From assembly GCA_964464695.1 (NCBI GenBank), contig CAYXKW010000003.1, positions 10,577 through 74,576 of the forward strand: 64,000 bases of DNA, written 5' to 3'. Made by a program: the position numbers and the translations under genes. Under the pieces are notes generated by a model. The model was not told the origin of the DNA and did not search any database. It saw only the letters and a list, made by a program, of their open reading frames with translations. Positions within the stretch are counted from its first letter, which is position 1, and each line of letters opens with the position of its first letter. Positions 50,265 through 59,882 of the stretch are shown here, piece by piece. Origin of the DNA: an uncultured Candidatus Saccharibacteria bacterium (GTDB lineage: Bacteria; Patescibacteriota; Minisyncoccia; Phycocordibacterales; UBA5272).

Positions 50265-50939
50265 ATGAAAACCTTTGCTAAAATGGCTTTCGTACTTGCT
50301 TTGGCCTTTGGTTCGCAGTTCGCTTCGGCGGTCTGCTTCCAGAATCCGAGCCCAATTCCGTACGGAACTGGCCCACTTCACCCTGTAAACGGCCTCTGGT
50401 GTACCGAAAGGCCCATCCAGAACCAAGGCTTTGGACAACAACAAGTCATTGTTCAACAGCAAGTCGCTGTACCACAGCAGGTGCAGCTCGTGCCTGTCCA
50501 AGGAGTCCCGAACCAATTTACTTCCGGCGGCAATGTCTACAACTGCTCCACACTGAGAAGTGTGGTTGGTGGTGTGCTGGGCGCTGTTGGAGGGCATTTG
50601 GTTGGTAAGAACATTACCACACGAGGTCACAACCTCGGCGGTCTTGGTGCAATTGGAGGAGCTGTCGCAGGTAGTCAAATTGCTTGCGAATTGGCAGGTC
50701 CTCAGTCTGTCCAGCAAATAAATGTTGTAAGACAAGGAGTTTCTGGCGTTTCTGGAGTTCCTTCGACAACAGTTGTTGCAGGCCGTCAAAAACCTCCTCC
50801 TCCACCTGCTGGCAATTGGACTTGCAACTTTTCGCAGAATGGTCAAATCACCGAAACGGTGATGACGACAGATGATGCGACTTGCAGGGACTGGACGAAG
50901 GCAGTGGCGGTCTACAAAGGTCTGATCGCAGCGAATTAA
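50265..50939 (+). CDS. Secreted glycine-zipper protein with C-terminal Cys-pair domain
   Basis: Signal peptide, two GxxxGxxxG zippers, C-terminal GNWTC...DDATC..W; AGGAG SD. Confidence 0.75.
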   Translation: MKTFAKMAFVLALAFGSQFASAVCFQNPSPIPYGTGPLHPVNGLWCTERPIQNQGFGQQQVIVQQQVAVPQQVQLVPVQGVPNQFTSGGNVYNCSTLRSVVGGVLGAVGGHLVGKNITTRGHNLGGLGAIGGAVAGSQIACELAGPQSVQQINVVRQGVSGVSGVPSTTVVAGRQKPPPPPAGNWTCNFSQNGQITETVMTTDDATCRDWTKAVAVYKGLIAAN

Positions 50940-51154
50940 TTTCGCCACCCATAAGCAGGTGTAAAATGCCTCAACCCCCGTCATTTCGATGGGGGTTTTT
51001 CTTATATATACAGGAGAAATTTGACTTGACAAAAGTAGAATTTCATGTATACTGTAATCATGTTTGTGTGGTATTAAAAACCCACGAGCACCGATGTTCT
51101 TTCCAAATCAACCAATGACCAGCAATGGTCACAGCGTCTAAGGAGGCGCTACAA

Positions 51155-52120
51155 ATGACAAATCCAAAAACCGTCCCCGCGACCCCTGCACCCCGCGCCT
51201 CGCGTGCAAAACCTGCACAAGTGGCTGCACCTGGAGCAGTCGTTCAGCAGAAGACGAGCATGACCGCATGGGTGGCCTTGGCTGCTGTGGTGATGCTTGC
51301 CATCATCATTGCCGCCTGGAAGTTTGGACCGATTGGTTCTGACAATCCTGCACTCGGTTCTTCGGAACCGAGCAAGGCTGTAGCAGTGAGCCAGTCTGCC
51401 GTCGTTGCTCCCGTGGATCATGTTGCAAAAGCTTCGGCTGTGGCGACAGTGGTTTGCGACAAGGACAACACTCAAACCGCGAAAGCGATTGGGAAGACAG
51501 CCTCTGCGGTGGCAACGTGTGGAAACACGAAGCCTGCTGTGCGGGTGGCAAAAGCTCCTGCAAAAGCTCCTGCAAAAGCAAGTGTTGCTCACGCAGCACC
51601 TGCCGGTATGAGCGCCGAAACCGTCCGCCGCATGGCTGACGAAAACATCGCTCGCCGGATCGCATCGGGGGTGAAAACCACCTCCGCAGCCGCTTCTTCA
51701 GGAATTTCGGGTATCCCGCGTTTTCCTGAAGAAGGGAAGGTCTACTCTGATGCCGAAGGTAACACCTTCGAACGTCATACTGGAGGCTCACGGTTGTGCA
51801 AGTTCTTCGTGAACGGTGAATTGGTCAGTCGTAAGTTTGTCCAAGATCCGGACCCACGGAAGAGCAAGGCGCAATGCGACCTTCTGGCCGCTGAGTTCAT
51901 CGCTGGACTCACTCCGACGACACCTGAAGCTATCGTAGCTGCGGCACCGCAAGTTGCACAAGCGCCACAAGCCGTGGTTGCAAGTGCTGGTTCAGGAAAC
52001 CATACTTGCAATCTGACCTTTGATGGCAAGATCGTGGAAACGGTCACAACCATCGATGACGCTGCTTGCAAGGTCTGGACCCGAAGCCGAGGTAAGGAAA
52101 AAGGCTGGATTCCGAAGTAA
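51155..52120 (+). CDS. Ala-rich membrane-anchored protein with Cys-pair domains
   Basis: One TM; C-terminal GNHTC...DDAAC..W homologous to 50265 protein; AAGGAGG before ATG at 51155. Confidence 0.75.
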   Translation: MTNPKTVPATPAPRASRAKPAQVAAPGAVVQQKTSMTAWVALAAVVMLAIIIAAWKFGPIGSDNPALGSSEPSKAVAVSQSAVVAPVDHVAKASAVATVVCDKDNTQTAKAIGKTASAVATCGNTKPAVRVAKAPAKAPAKASVAHAAPAGMSAETVRRMADENIARRIASGVKTTSAAASSGISGIPRFPEEGKVYSDAEGNTFERHTGGSRLCKFFVNGELVSRKFVQDPDPRKSKAQCDLLAAEFIAGLTPTTPEAIVAAAPQVAQAPQAVVASAGSGNHTCNLTFDGKIVETVTTIDDAACKVWTRSRGKEKGWIPK

Positions 52121-52303
52121 TTTCGGCGGTACCTCAGATTCCGTAATATCTGATACAACCCCACCAAATTGGTGGGGTTCTTTTTTTGGTAATTCGTAAA
52201 TATCCTGTATTTAAAGAAAGTCAACTACACCCCTTGACAAATGGTGTATATGTGTAGTATAATATATGGACTATTTATCTGAGAAGTAATAGTATAAACA
52301 ATT

Positions 52304-54661
52304 ATGAAAAACAAAATTACAACATTAGCAGTCGCACTTTCTATGGTTATAGGTGTATTTCCTGTGCAACTTTTTGCACAATATGATTACACATCATCGT
52401 ATTACTACGATACATCAGTAACTTCAAGTTATGATTACACTTCTCCAACAGTGTCATCTTATAACTACACAAGTCCAACAGTGAGTTCGTATGATTATGT
52501 ATCACCAACTGTTAGTTCATACAACTATACGTCACCAACCGTATCTAGTTACAACTACACAAGTCCAACAGTAAGTTCATATGATTACACTTCCCCAACA
52601 GTAAGTTCATATGATTACACTTCCCCAACAGTATCATCTTATAACTATACTTCTCCAACAGTAAGTTCATATGATTACACTTCCCCAACAGTGTCATCTT
52701 ATAACTACACATCACCTACAGTAAGTTCATATAATTACACAAGTCCGACAGTATCGTCATATAACTATACTTCTCCAACAGTAAGTTCATATGATTACAC
52801 TTCTCCAACAGTGTCTAATTACAACTACACTTCACCAGTAGGGACAGGTTACACAACTGGCTCAGGTAACACAAATACAAGTCCAACAGTATATAGTTAT
52901 GACTATACTTCAGCACCTACAGTATATAGTTATGATTACACGAACCCAGCAGGCTCTACATATGATTACACAGGCTCAACATATAATTATAATAGTCCAA
53001 CTGGTTCAACATATAATTACAACAACCCTGGGTACACTACTGGAGTTATTCAGACAACACAAACAGTTGCTCCAAGTTACAATTCATACCCAACAACATA
53101 TTCAACAGGTGTAACAGGAACTACATACACAACTATCCCTACAACAAATACTACTATTTGTTCAGACGGATATGCTCCAACAAATGGTTCATGTATAAGA
53201 ACTACAACGATCACAACTACTAACACTACTGTATGTTCAGATGGTTACGCTCCTACAAATGGATCATGCGTACGTACAAACACTATTCCAACTTCAAATG
53301 TAACAGTTTGTTCAGATGGATATGCCCCAACTAATGGCTCATGTATTCGTACAAGTACTATTCCTACAACAAATACAACTATCTGTTCTGATGGATTCGC
53401 TCCAACAAACGGAACATGTATTCGTACAAACACTATCCCAACTGTTAATCAGACTATCTGCTCAGATGGACGTGCACCAGTCAATGGATCATGTATTCGA
53501 ATCGTTTCAGTACCGACTGTTACGTACCAATCATGTTGGGATGGATCAGTTATTCCTACAACATCAGTGTGTGCTGCACAGTACAAAGTATGTGCTAACG
53601 GAACAAGTATTCCAGTTAACCAAGCATGTTATGTAGCATCTACTCCTGTGTATATCGCTCCACAAATTGTGAAATTCAACAACGTTGTAACAAGTGTTGT
53701 AACAGAAATTTCAAAGACAAGTGGAAGATGTAATGGAATTGGTCTTATTGCAAACAACGCTCCATCTACTGGATGGTTCGAATACGGTGAGACTTCTAAT
53801 CTTGGAAGAACAACTGCAACTGCAAATATTGGATCTGCAAACACCGCACCATTCTCAAATGTACTTACTAATCTTAAGCCTTCAACAAAGTACTACTGCC
53901 GCGCAGTGATGCAAAATCAGTATGGACTTGTGAAAGGGGAGATCGTTGGATTCGTAACTAAAGCAACGGTTGTAACTTATGTTAAGCCGGTTATTGTGAA
54001 GACACCAGTGAAGACTCCTGTAAAGACAAATATCATTACATGTTCAGATGGATCTACTGTTTCAACAAAGAGTACATCTTCTGCGACACTTCTAAGTCAA
54101 GGTGAAAAGTTAATGGCGGTACAGATTGAGAAGATTAATGGTAATCTCGTAAGTTCTGAAGAAGTTCGTTACAAGGTAACCTACAAGAACCTTGCTGATA
54201 CAAAACTCTCGGGTGTGTTACTTAAAGTAACGCTTCCACAAGAAGTAGTATTTGCAGGAGCAACTGCAGGAAACTATGATGTAACAACACGTACACTTAC
54301 TCTTAACCAAGATACTGTTGATCCATACACAGAAGGTGTTATCGTTATTACTGCAAATGTACAGAAGGATGCACCAATTGGAAAAACAATTGTAGCGAAT
54401 GTATACGCAGCCTACACAGTACCTGGTACTGCTACACAAGATGAAGTAACTGCATATGTTGTTGGGTCTATCATGCCATCAACTGCATACGCTAATCAAG
54501 ACACTGGTGCGAAGAAAGTTATCGGCGCACCAAGTGATAGAGGATTCATGCCAAATAGTTTAATCGAATGGCTTGCACTCCTTGCTATCCTCTTTATCAT
54601 CTTCATTCTAGGACGTAGTGTCTATGCATCATACAAAGATGATGAAAGTCACAAGCACTAA
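52304..54661 (+). CDS. Surface protein: Y(D/N)YTSPTVSS repeats, Cys repeats, FN3-like and DUF11-like domains, C-terminal TM
   Basis: Signal peptide; WFEYG..LKPSTKYYCRA (FN3-like); YKVTYKN..VTLP (DUF11-like); C-terminal anchor. Confidence 0.85.
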   Translation: MKNKITTLAVALSMVIGVFPVQLFAQYDYTSSYYYDTSVTSSYDYTSPTVSSYNYTSPTVSSYDYVSPTVSSYNYTSPTVSSYNYTSPTVSSYDYTSPTVSSYDYTSPTVSSYNYTSPTVSSYDYTSPTVSSYNYTSPTVSSYNYTSPTVSSYNYTSPTVSSYDYTSPTVSNYNYTSPVGTGYTTGSGNTNTSPTVYSYDYTSAPTVYSYDYTNPAGSTYDYTGSTYNYNSPTGSTYNYNNPGYTTGVIQTTQTVAPSYNSYPTTYSTGVTGTTYTTIPTTNTTICSDGYAPTNGSCIRTTTITTTNTTVCSDGYAPTNGSCVRTNTIPTSNVTVCSDGYAPTNGSCIRTSTIPTTNTTICSDGFAPTNGTCIRTNTIPTVNQTICSDGRAPVNGSCIRIVSVPTVTYQSCWDGSVIPTTSVCAAQYKVCANGTSIPVNQACYVASTPVYIAPQIVKFNNVVTSVVTEISKTSGRCNGIGLIANNAPSTGWFEYGETSNLGRTTATANIGSANTAPFSNVLTNLKPSTKYYCRAVMQNQYGLVKGEIVGFVTKATVVTYVKPVIVKTPVKTPVKTNIITCSDGSTVSTKSTSSATLLSQGEKLMAVQIEKINGNLVSSEEVRYKVTYKNLADTKLSGVLLKVTLPQEVVFAGATAGNYDVTTRTLTLNQDTVDPYTEGVIVITANVQKDAPIGKTIVANVYAAYTVPGTATQDEVTAYVVGSIMPSTAYANQDTGAKKVIGAPSDRGFMPNSLIEWLALLAILFIIFILGRSVYASYKDDESHKH
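52430..52837 (+). repeat. In-frame 30-bp tandem repeat, 13 full units plus one partial
   Basis: Encodes Y(D/N)YTSPTVSS; synonymous variation between units. Confidence 0.92.
53153..53527 (+). repeat. In-frame 75-bp tandem repeat, five units
   Basis: Encodes T(I/V)CSDGxAPxNGxC(I/V)R. Confidence 0.9.
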
Positions 54662-54704
54662 AGTACGCTCATAAAGTTAATGCCTTATGTGAGCCGAAAG
54701 GTTA

Positions 54705-54736
54705 GAAAAGCGCGACCCGAAAGGGTCGCGCTTTTC
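54705..54736 (+). terminator. Intrinsic terminator
   Basis: GAAAAGCGCGACCC-GAAA-GGGTCGCGCTTTTC. Confidence 0.8.
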
Positions 54737-54847
54737 GCATGCGGCTACTAGCTAACAGCTAAAAAGTCCCTTCGCCTGTTGGCTTCGGACATCTTCGCGG
54801 CCGAGCCGTCTCGAGCTACCGACTATCTTCTGTGGTATTATTGACCT

Positions 54848-55396
54848 ATGAAAGAGCCATTTATGGTAACTGAACAAGACCTAGCAGACATTGCTAAAAA
54901 GGTGGTAGACACGCTCGCTGCTTCGTATTCTACACAAGCTAAGGTGCTTTTTTTAGAAGGAGATTTAGGTGCTGGTAAAACAACATTCACAAAAGAGTTA
55001 GCGAGTGTGCTCGGCATCACCAAAGAAGATGTTCATAGTCCAACATTTATTTTAAAGAAAGAATATAAAGGCGACCATTCTTTTTTTAAAAAACTCATTC
55101 ATATTGATGCGTACCGTTTCGAGTCGCCGGACGAAGTGAAGGTTCTTAAATTAACAAATGATATCGAGAAGCATGACACACTAATTGTTATAGAATGGCC
55201 ATCTAAAATGGCAGGGACGGTGAACGAGGACATGACGATTTCCTTTTCTGTTATTGATGATGATACACGAGAGGTGATGATAAATTATACCAACAGTCAC
55301 ATTGGTAATCCTTCTAACGTCTCAAAACATGAAGTGCCAGAAACGATTATAACCGACCCTACAACATCCTCCATCTCCTCACTCTTTCGAACATGA
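54848..55396 (+). CDS. tsaE: t6A biosynthesis ATPase
   Basis: LEGDLGAGKTTF, SPTF, HIDAYR, IEW. Confidence 0.94.
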   Translation: MKEPFMVTEQDLADIAKKVVDTLAASYSTQAKVLFLEGDLGAGKTTFTKELASVLGITKEDVHSPTFILKKEYKGDHSFFKKLIHIDAYRFESPDEVKVLKLTNDIEKHDTLIVIEWPSKMAGTVNEDMTISFSVIDDDTREVMINYTNSHIGNPSNVSKHEVPETIITDPTTSSISSLFRT

Positions 55397-57735
55397 TAAA
55401 AAGTAAATTAAAAACAGTTGTATTATTAGATGCTCATGCGATTTTACATCGTGGGTATCATGCTATGCAGGGATTCGCCACTCGTGACGGCAAACCAACA
55501 GGAGCCCTCTATGGATTTATTACTATGGTGCTTCGTATTTATGAAGACATACAGCCAGATTATATTGCGGCATGTTTTGATTTACCAAAGCCTACATTTC
55601 GTCATATTAGTTATGATGGTTACAAAGCAGGGAGAGCAAAGACTGACGATGCACTCGTAACCCAGATACAAGAAGCCTACGCACTGTGCGATGCGCTGTG
55701 CATTCCGATATATAAAGAAGAGGGGTTTGAGGCGGATGACTTACTGGGAACATTAAGTGAACAACTAAAAAAGCAACCGAATACTCGTGTGATTATTGCA
55801 AGTGGCGATATGGACACATTCCAGCTTATTGATGATGATATTGTGACAGTCTACACACTTAAGAAAGCAAATGTCGCTGCGCTTTTTAATGCTGACTCTA
55901 TTATGGAACGTTTTGGATTTGGTCCAGAGCATATTCCGGATTATAAAGGTCTTTCAGGTGATCCATCGGATAATATTATTGGCATCAAAGGAATCGGAGA
56001 TAAGACCGCTACTGAACTCATTAAGAAGTATGGAACAATCGAGCAGATGTATGAAGTTATAAAAAAAGATAGGCAAACACTTCTTGATGCTGGGTTCAAA
56101 GAACGAATCGTGAAGCTCTTAGAAGAAGGGGAAGAAGATGCATTATTTTCAAAAACACTCGCAACAATTAGACGTGATGCAACATCTGTGTATGTTGAGC
56201 CGGAGAAACCTTGGAAAGAAATTCTTGATATCGATAAATATCAGGAGATGTGTGATCTCTATGAGTTCAGGTCACTTCGTAACAGATTACACCTTGTAAA
56301 AGGTGAGAACAAAGAAGCAGAAAAGGAACCAGAAGTGTCGGTTGCATTTCATGACCTAGAAGAAATGAGGGTAATGGTGAACTTGCTTCACAGTGAAATG
56401 ACGAACGCACATTTTATTGATATCCAAAATGTCGCACAAAAGTCAGATGTTGCAGAAGTAAAACAAGTACTCACTGAAATGCTTACTAAGGAAGGTCTCA
56501 TGGAGCTATTCCTAACCGTAGAAAAACCGATCATTACAATTTTGGAAGAGATGCAAAAAGTAGGGATAACGCTTGATGTCAAAAAACTAAGTGACATGAG
56601 CAAGGAGTTACATGCCCAAGTAAAAGTTCTTGAGAAAAAAATTCATACACTTGCTGGAGTTGAGTTTAATATCGCCTCTCCGAAACAATTAGGAGACGTA
56701 CTGTACGACACCCTTAATCTCGGAAGTAAAATTAAGAAAACAAAGACCGGACAAAAAAGTACTAATGTCTCTGAGCTTGAGAAGATTCGGGAAGAGCATG
56801 AAATTGTACCGCTTATTTTAGAATATAGAGAACTGACAAAACTTCTATCAACGTATGTTGATTCGATTCCAACATTTGTAAAAGATGATGGTAAAATCCA
56901 CGCGCATTATATTCAAACAGGTGCAGGAACAGGAAGGTTTGCATGTGAAGACCCGAACCTTCAAAATCTACCAGTTAAAAGTGAGCTTGGCCAAAAGGTG
57001 CGAGGCGCATTTGTTGCAAGTAAGGGTAAAGTATTGTTGTCGTGTGACTATGCGCAGATTGACTTGCGCGCAGCTGCAATTTTATCAGGGGATGAAAACC
57101 TCGTAGAAATTTTTAAGAATAACATTGATGTGCACACAGGAACTGCGGCGAGAGTTTTTGGTGTAAAAGAAGAAGATGTAACTCCTGAGATGCGACGTAA
57201 AGCAAAAGCAATTAACTTTGGCATCTTATACGGCATGGGGGTTACAGCGCTTAAAGAGGGGATGAAAGTTGAACGAAAAGAAGCACAAGATTTCTTTGAT
57301 CAGTACAAAGCAACGTTTGTGAGATTGATGGCCTTCCTTGAGGAAGTAAAAGCCGATGCGTGGAAGAAAGGATATACAACGACATTACTTGGACGCAGAT
57401 GTGAAGTTCCACTACTTAAAAGCCCGCTCCCTTTTCTTCGAGCTCAAGGGGAGAGAATTGCCATGAATGCACCAATTCAAGGAACGAGTGCAGATATCGT
57501 GAAGCTTGCGATGATTGACGCAACAGCGTATTTTGCTGCAAAGAAATTAGAAGGCAAAGCCAGTCTTTTACTTCAGATACATGATGAATTAATATTTGAA
57601 ATTGATGAAGACCTTGCAGAAGATGTTGCTAAGGATCTTGTAAAGATATTGGAAAATGTACTTGCAACTAGAAACCTAACTGATATTCCACTTGTCGTTT
57701 CTAAGAGTTTGGGGGAGAATTTGGAAGTTATATAA
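55393..57735 (+). CDS. polA: DNA polymerase I (5'-3' exonuclease plus polymerase; short, 3'-5' exonuclease region reduced)
   Basis: EADD, GDPSDN, TGRF..PNLQN, DYAQID, KAINFGILYG, NAPIQG, QIHDEL. Confidence 0.96.
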   Translation: MIKSKLKTVVLLDAHAILHRGYHAMQGFATRDGKPTGALYGFITMVLRIYEDIQPDYIAACFDLPKPTFRHISYDGYKAGRAKTDDALVTQIQEAYALCDALCIPIYKEEGFEADDLLGTLSEQLKKQPNTRVIIASGDMDTFQLIDDDIVTVYTLKKANVAALFNADSIMERFGFGPEHIPDYKGLSGDPSDNIIGIKGIGDKTATELIKKYGTIEQMYEVIKKDRQTLLDAGFKERIVKLLEEGEEDALFSKTLATIRRDATSVYVEPEKPWKEILDIDKYQEMCDLYEFRSLRNRLHLVKGENKEAEKEPEVSVAFHDLEEMRVMVNLLHSEMTNAHFIDIQNVAQKSDVAEVKQVLTEMLTKEGLMELFLTVEKPIITILEEMQKVGITLDVKKLSDMSKELHAQVKVLEKKIHTLAGVEFNIASPKQLGDVLYDTLNLGSKIKKTKTGQKSTNVSELEKIREEHEIVPLILEYRELTKLLSTYVDSIPTFVKDDGKIHAHYIQTGAGTGRFACEDPNLQNLPVKSELGQKVRGAFVASKGKVLLSCDYAQIDLRAAAILSGDENLVEIFKNNIDVHTGTAARVFGVKEEDVTPEMRRKAKAINFGILYGMGVTALKEGMKVERKEAQDFFDQYKATFVRLMAFLEEVKADAWKKGYTTTLLGRRCEVPLLKSPLPFLRAQGERIAMNAPIQGTSADIVKLAMIDATAYFAAKKLEGKASLLLQIHDELIFEIDEDLAEDVAKDLVKILENVLATRNLTDIPLVVSKSLGENLEVI

Positions 57736-57739
57736 GCGT

Positions 57740-58369
57740 ATGATTTATTCTATTGTAGGCACTCACATACACATACGAGAAAAGGGTCATCAAGAACTTT
57801 TAAAAATGGGCGTCGTTACTCATCATGTATATGGTGAACATGTCGAAGAACTGGAGCAGTTGGTTGATGCAAGTAGTTTATTTGGAGATCCTGTCATTGT
57901 GTTGTGTATTCAGTTAGGTGATAACACTCACGCAAAAGATGAATTAAAGAGACTTCTCGACAGGATGCAAGAGTCATCAAATATATTTGTTATCGATGAG
58001 CCATTTGCTGATGTGCATCTTTTTAATAGGTTAACTAAAGTTTCAAAAAAAGTATTTGATGCACGAGAGGAGAAAATAAAAGACATGAGTGTTTTTGCAC
58101 TATGTGATGCCTTCATTTCTCGTGACAAAAAACAAGCATGGATACTTTTTCAAGATTTAAAAAAAGATGGAAGTGGAGAAGCAATTCAAGGAGCTCTCTG
58201 GTGGAAGTTCCAAACAGAATGGAGTAAGGTACGTGAAGGCAAGAGATCACTTTTTACACAGAGTGACTGCGAAAGAATAGGGGGAGAACTTTTGCGATCG
58301 AGTATTTTGGCGCACCGAGGAGAAAAAGATTTACTCCTTGATTTAGAGAGAATTATTTTAACAGTATAG
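57740..58369 (+). CDS. DNA polymerase III delta-like protein
   Basis: SLFGD motif, VFALCDAF..RDKKQAW, C-terminal LERIIL; ATG at 57740. Confidence 0.6.
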   Translation: MIYSIVGTHIHIREKGHQELLKMGVVTHHVYGEHVEELEQLVDASSLFGDPVIVLCIQLGDNTHAKDELKRLLDRMQESSNIFVIDEPFADVHLFNRLTKVSKKVFDAREEKIKDMSVFALCDAFISRDKKQAWILFQDLKKDGSGEAIQGALWWKFQTEWSKVREGKRSLFTQSDCERIGGELLRSSILAHRGEKDLLLDLERIILTV

Positions 58370-58385
58370 TATCTGTACAAGAACT

Positions 58386-59426
58386 CTATCCTCCAATACC
58401 ATCTTGTGGTGTTGACGTAGCTTCATATTGTAAGCGACAGTCTTTCTCCTCATTCTCTGCTCTGTAATAGAGGGTTGGCGAAATAATGTAGCGTCGTAAT
58501 CCATTTTCTAATTTTGTAACATCGAGGTACCATGTTTGCTCTGGCTCACTCCAGGTACCTTCACAGGTTGTTCCTGTTCCAACAGTGTGAGATTTTAGGA
58601 TGAGCTTTTCTCCTTCTGTTGCGAGAAGATAAAGTTCACTTGTGCATGACCGTGCAATAGCGCTACCCGCTGTTGAGTTATTTTCTTCGTACATGAGAAT
58701 TTTTTCTCCTGTTTTTGTGTCGAGAATATATACTTTATTAGAAAATTCACACGCCTCGATATTGCCGAGGGAGTTTTCACTAATATAAAATTGCCCTGGC
58801 TGACCAATGATAGGAATACTATTAATAATTGCAGTAACTGAGTTAGTTGGAACTACGTTTACAATATGTGTTGTCCAACCATCAGCTGTGGTTGAACTTG
58901 GTGGAAATGTATAGATAACAGTTCCATTTTGATCAACAATTGTGCCGTTTATAACGGTGTATCTCGTCTCATTAAATACTGCATTTTTTTCTGATGTTGG
59001 AGCTTGGGTATTTTGAGTATTCGTTTGATTAATTTGAGTAGTTACAACAACGTTTGGCTTGTCAGTTAATCCAAGTGATTCTGTAACTTTTTGCACAACT
59101 TCTACTACAGAGTCTACAACTGTCTTAACGACTGATTTAGGAGCATTTGATTTACTCGTAGAAGTATTTGTTGTCGATGCTACAGGAGTTGTGCTTGCAA
59201 CTTCTTCAGGTAATGGTTCCATGTAACTTGGTAGCTCTTGTTTGCAAATAGCAAACTCACAATTTGGTCCAGTTCTTCCAACTGAAGTTCCATCAGGGCA
59301 CATCATGGCATCCGCTGGGCACGCTGTAACAACAGGGGTTTGGTGTTTATTTTTATAGAGCACTACTCCAAACACAACACTCAGTATAAAGATGATAACA
59401 CCAAGAATGATGTGTAATTTATTCAT
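58386..59426 (-). CDS. Membrane-anchored protein with CxxDAxxCPDG..GRxGPxCEF motif
   Basis: N-terminal TM; Cys motif common in Patescibacteria surface proteins. Confidence 0.75.
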   Translation of the reverse strand: MNKLHIILGVIIFILSVVFGVVLYKNKHQTPVVTACPADAMMCPDGTSVGRTGPNCEFAICKQELPSYMEPLPEEVASTTPVASTTNTSTSKSNAPKSVVKTVVDSVVEVVQKVTESLGLTDKPNVVVTTQINQTNTQNTQAPTSEKNAVFNETRYTVINGTIVDQNGTVIYTFPPSSTTADGWTTHIVNVVPTNSVTAIINSIPIIGQPGQFYISENSLGNIEACEFSNKVYILDTKTGEKILMYEENNSTAGSAIARSCTSELYLLATEGEKLILKSHTVGTGTTCEGTWSEPEQTWYLDVTKLENGLRRYIISPTLYYRAENEEKDCRLQYEATSTPQDGIGG

Positions 59427-59467
59427 AGCTAAAGTATAGCAACAAAAGAAACAGAAATAGGAATGTT

Positions 59468-59560
59468 GTTCCCAAGAAGGGTCGGTCGCGAATCTACTTC
59501 GAGCAACGCGAAGTAGATTCGCGACCGTGTATTCGATTCCTTACGATGGTGACGCAGCTT
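59468..59560. repeat. Element C, copy 1: hairpin element ending in a degenerate tRNA-Lys 3' end
   Basis: GGTCGCGAATCTACTTCG...CGAAGTAGATTCGCGACC; homologous to 61067..61152. Confidence 0.75.
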
Positions 59561-59611
59561 ACTTCTACAACAAAACACACCTGGACTACCAAGTGTGTTT
59601 TGTTGTATCGT

Positions 59612-59789
59612 GGTGCCCCCACAAGGGATCTCTCCGACTCGTCGGATTATCAACTCGCTGGACTGCGATTTTTGCAGACTGAGTACAGTCTAAAAAATCG
59701 GGAGCCTTCGGTTCGACTCAAGTTCTGTAGAACTGTGAAATAATAAACACCCCTTTATTAAAAGAGGTGTTTATTATTTCAAGTGCCCC
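59612..59789. repeat. Element A, copy 1 (178 bp), bounded by tRNA-Lys 3'-end sequence
   Basis: Matches 63011..63188 with 3 mismatches. Confidence 0.93.
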
Positions 59790-59882
59790 GAAACGTGACA
59801 CGACCTCCAGGGTTCATTACCCCACAAGGTCCGTTTGGTAATTTTTAGTATATCAGTTCGACCCTTCTCGTGCGTCTATGAA
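59783..59882. repeat. Element B, copy 1 (~100 bp)
   Basis: Near-identical to 61215..61314; supplies the stop codon of the 59853..61007 gene. Confidence 0.9.

Noticed and set aside
50055-52224. Long minus-strand ORFs (325, 147, 161, 149 aa)
   Set aside because: Shadow ORFs of GC-richer + strand genes that have promoters, SDs, signal or TM segments and terminators.
52430-52837. Possible CRISPR array
   Set aside because: Contiguous in-frame 30-bp coding repeats with no unique spacers, and no cas genes in the window.
59429-59743. Short ORFs in the repeat region (also 61004-61249 and 62945-63142)
   Set aside because: They are translations of the non-coding elements A, B, C and palindromes.
59849-59872. 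Additional tRNA genes at GTTCGA motifs
   Set aside because: Only T-arm/acceptor-like fragments; no D-arm or anticodon arm can be folded.
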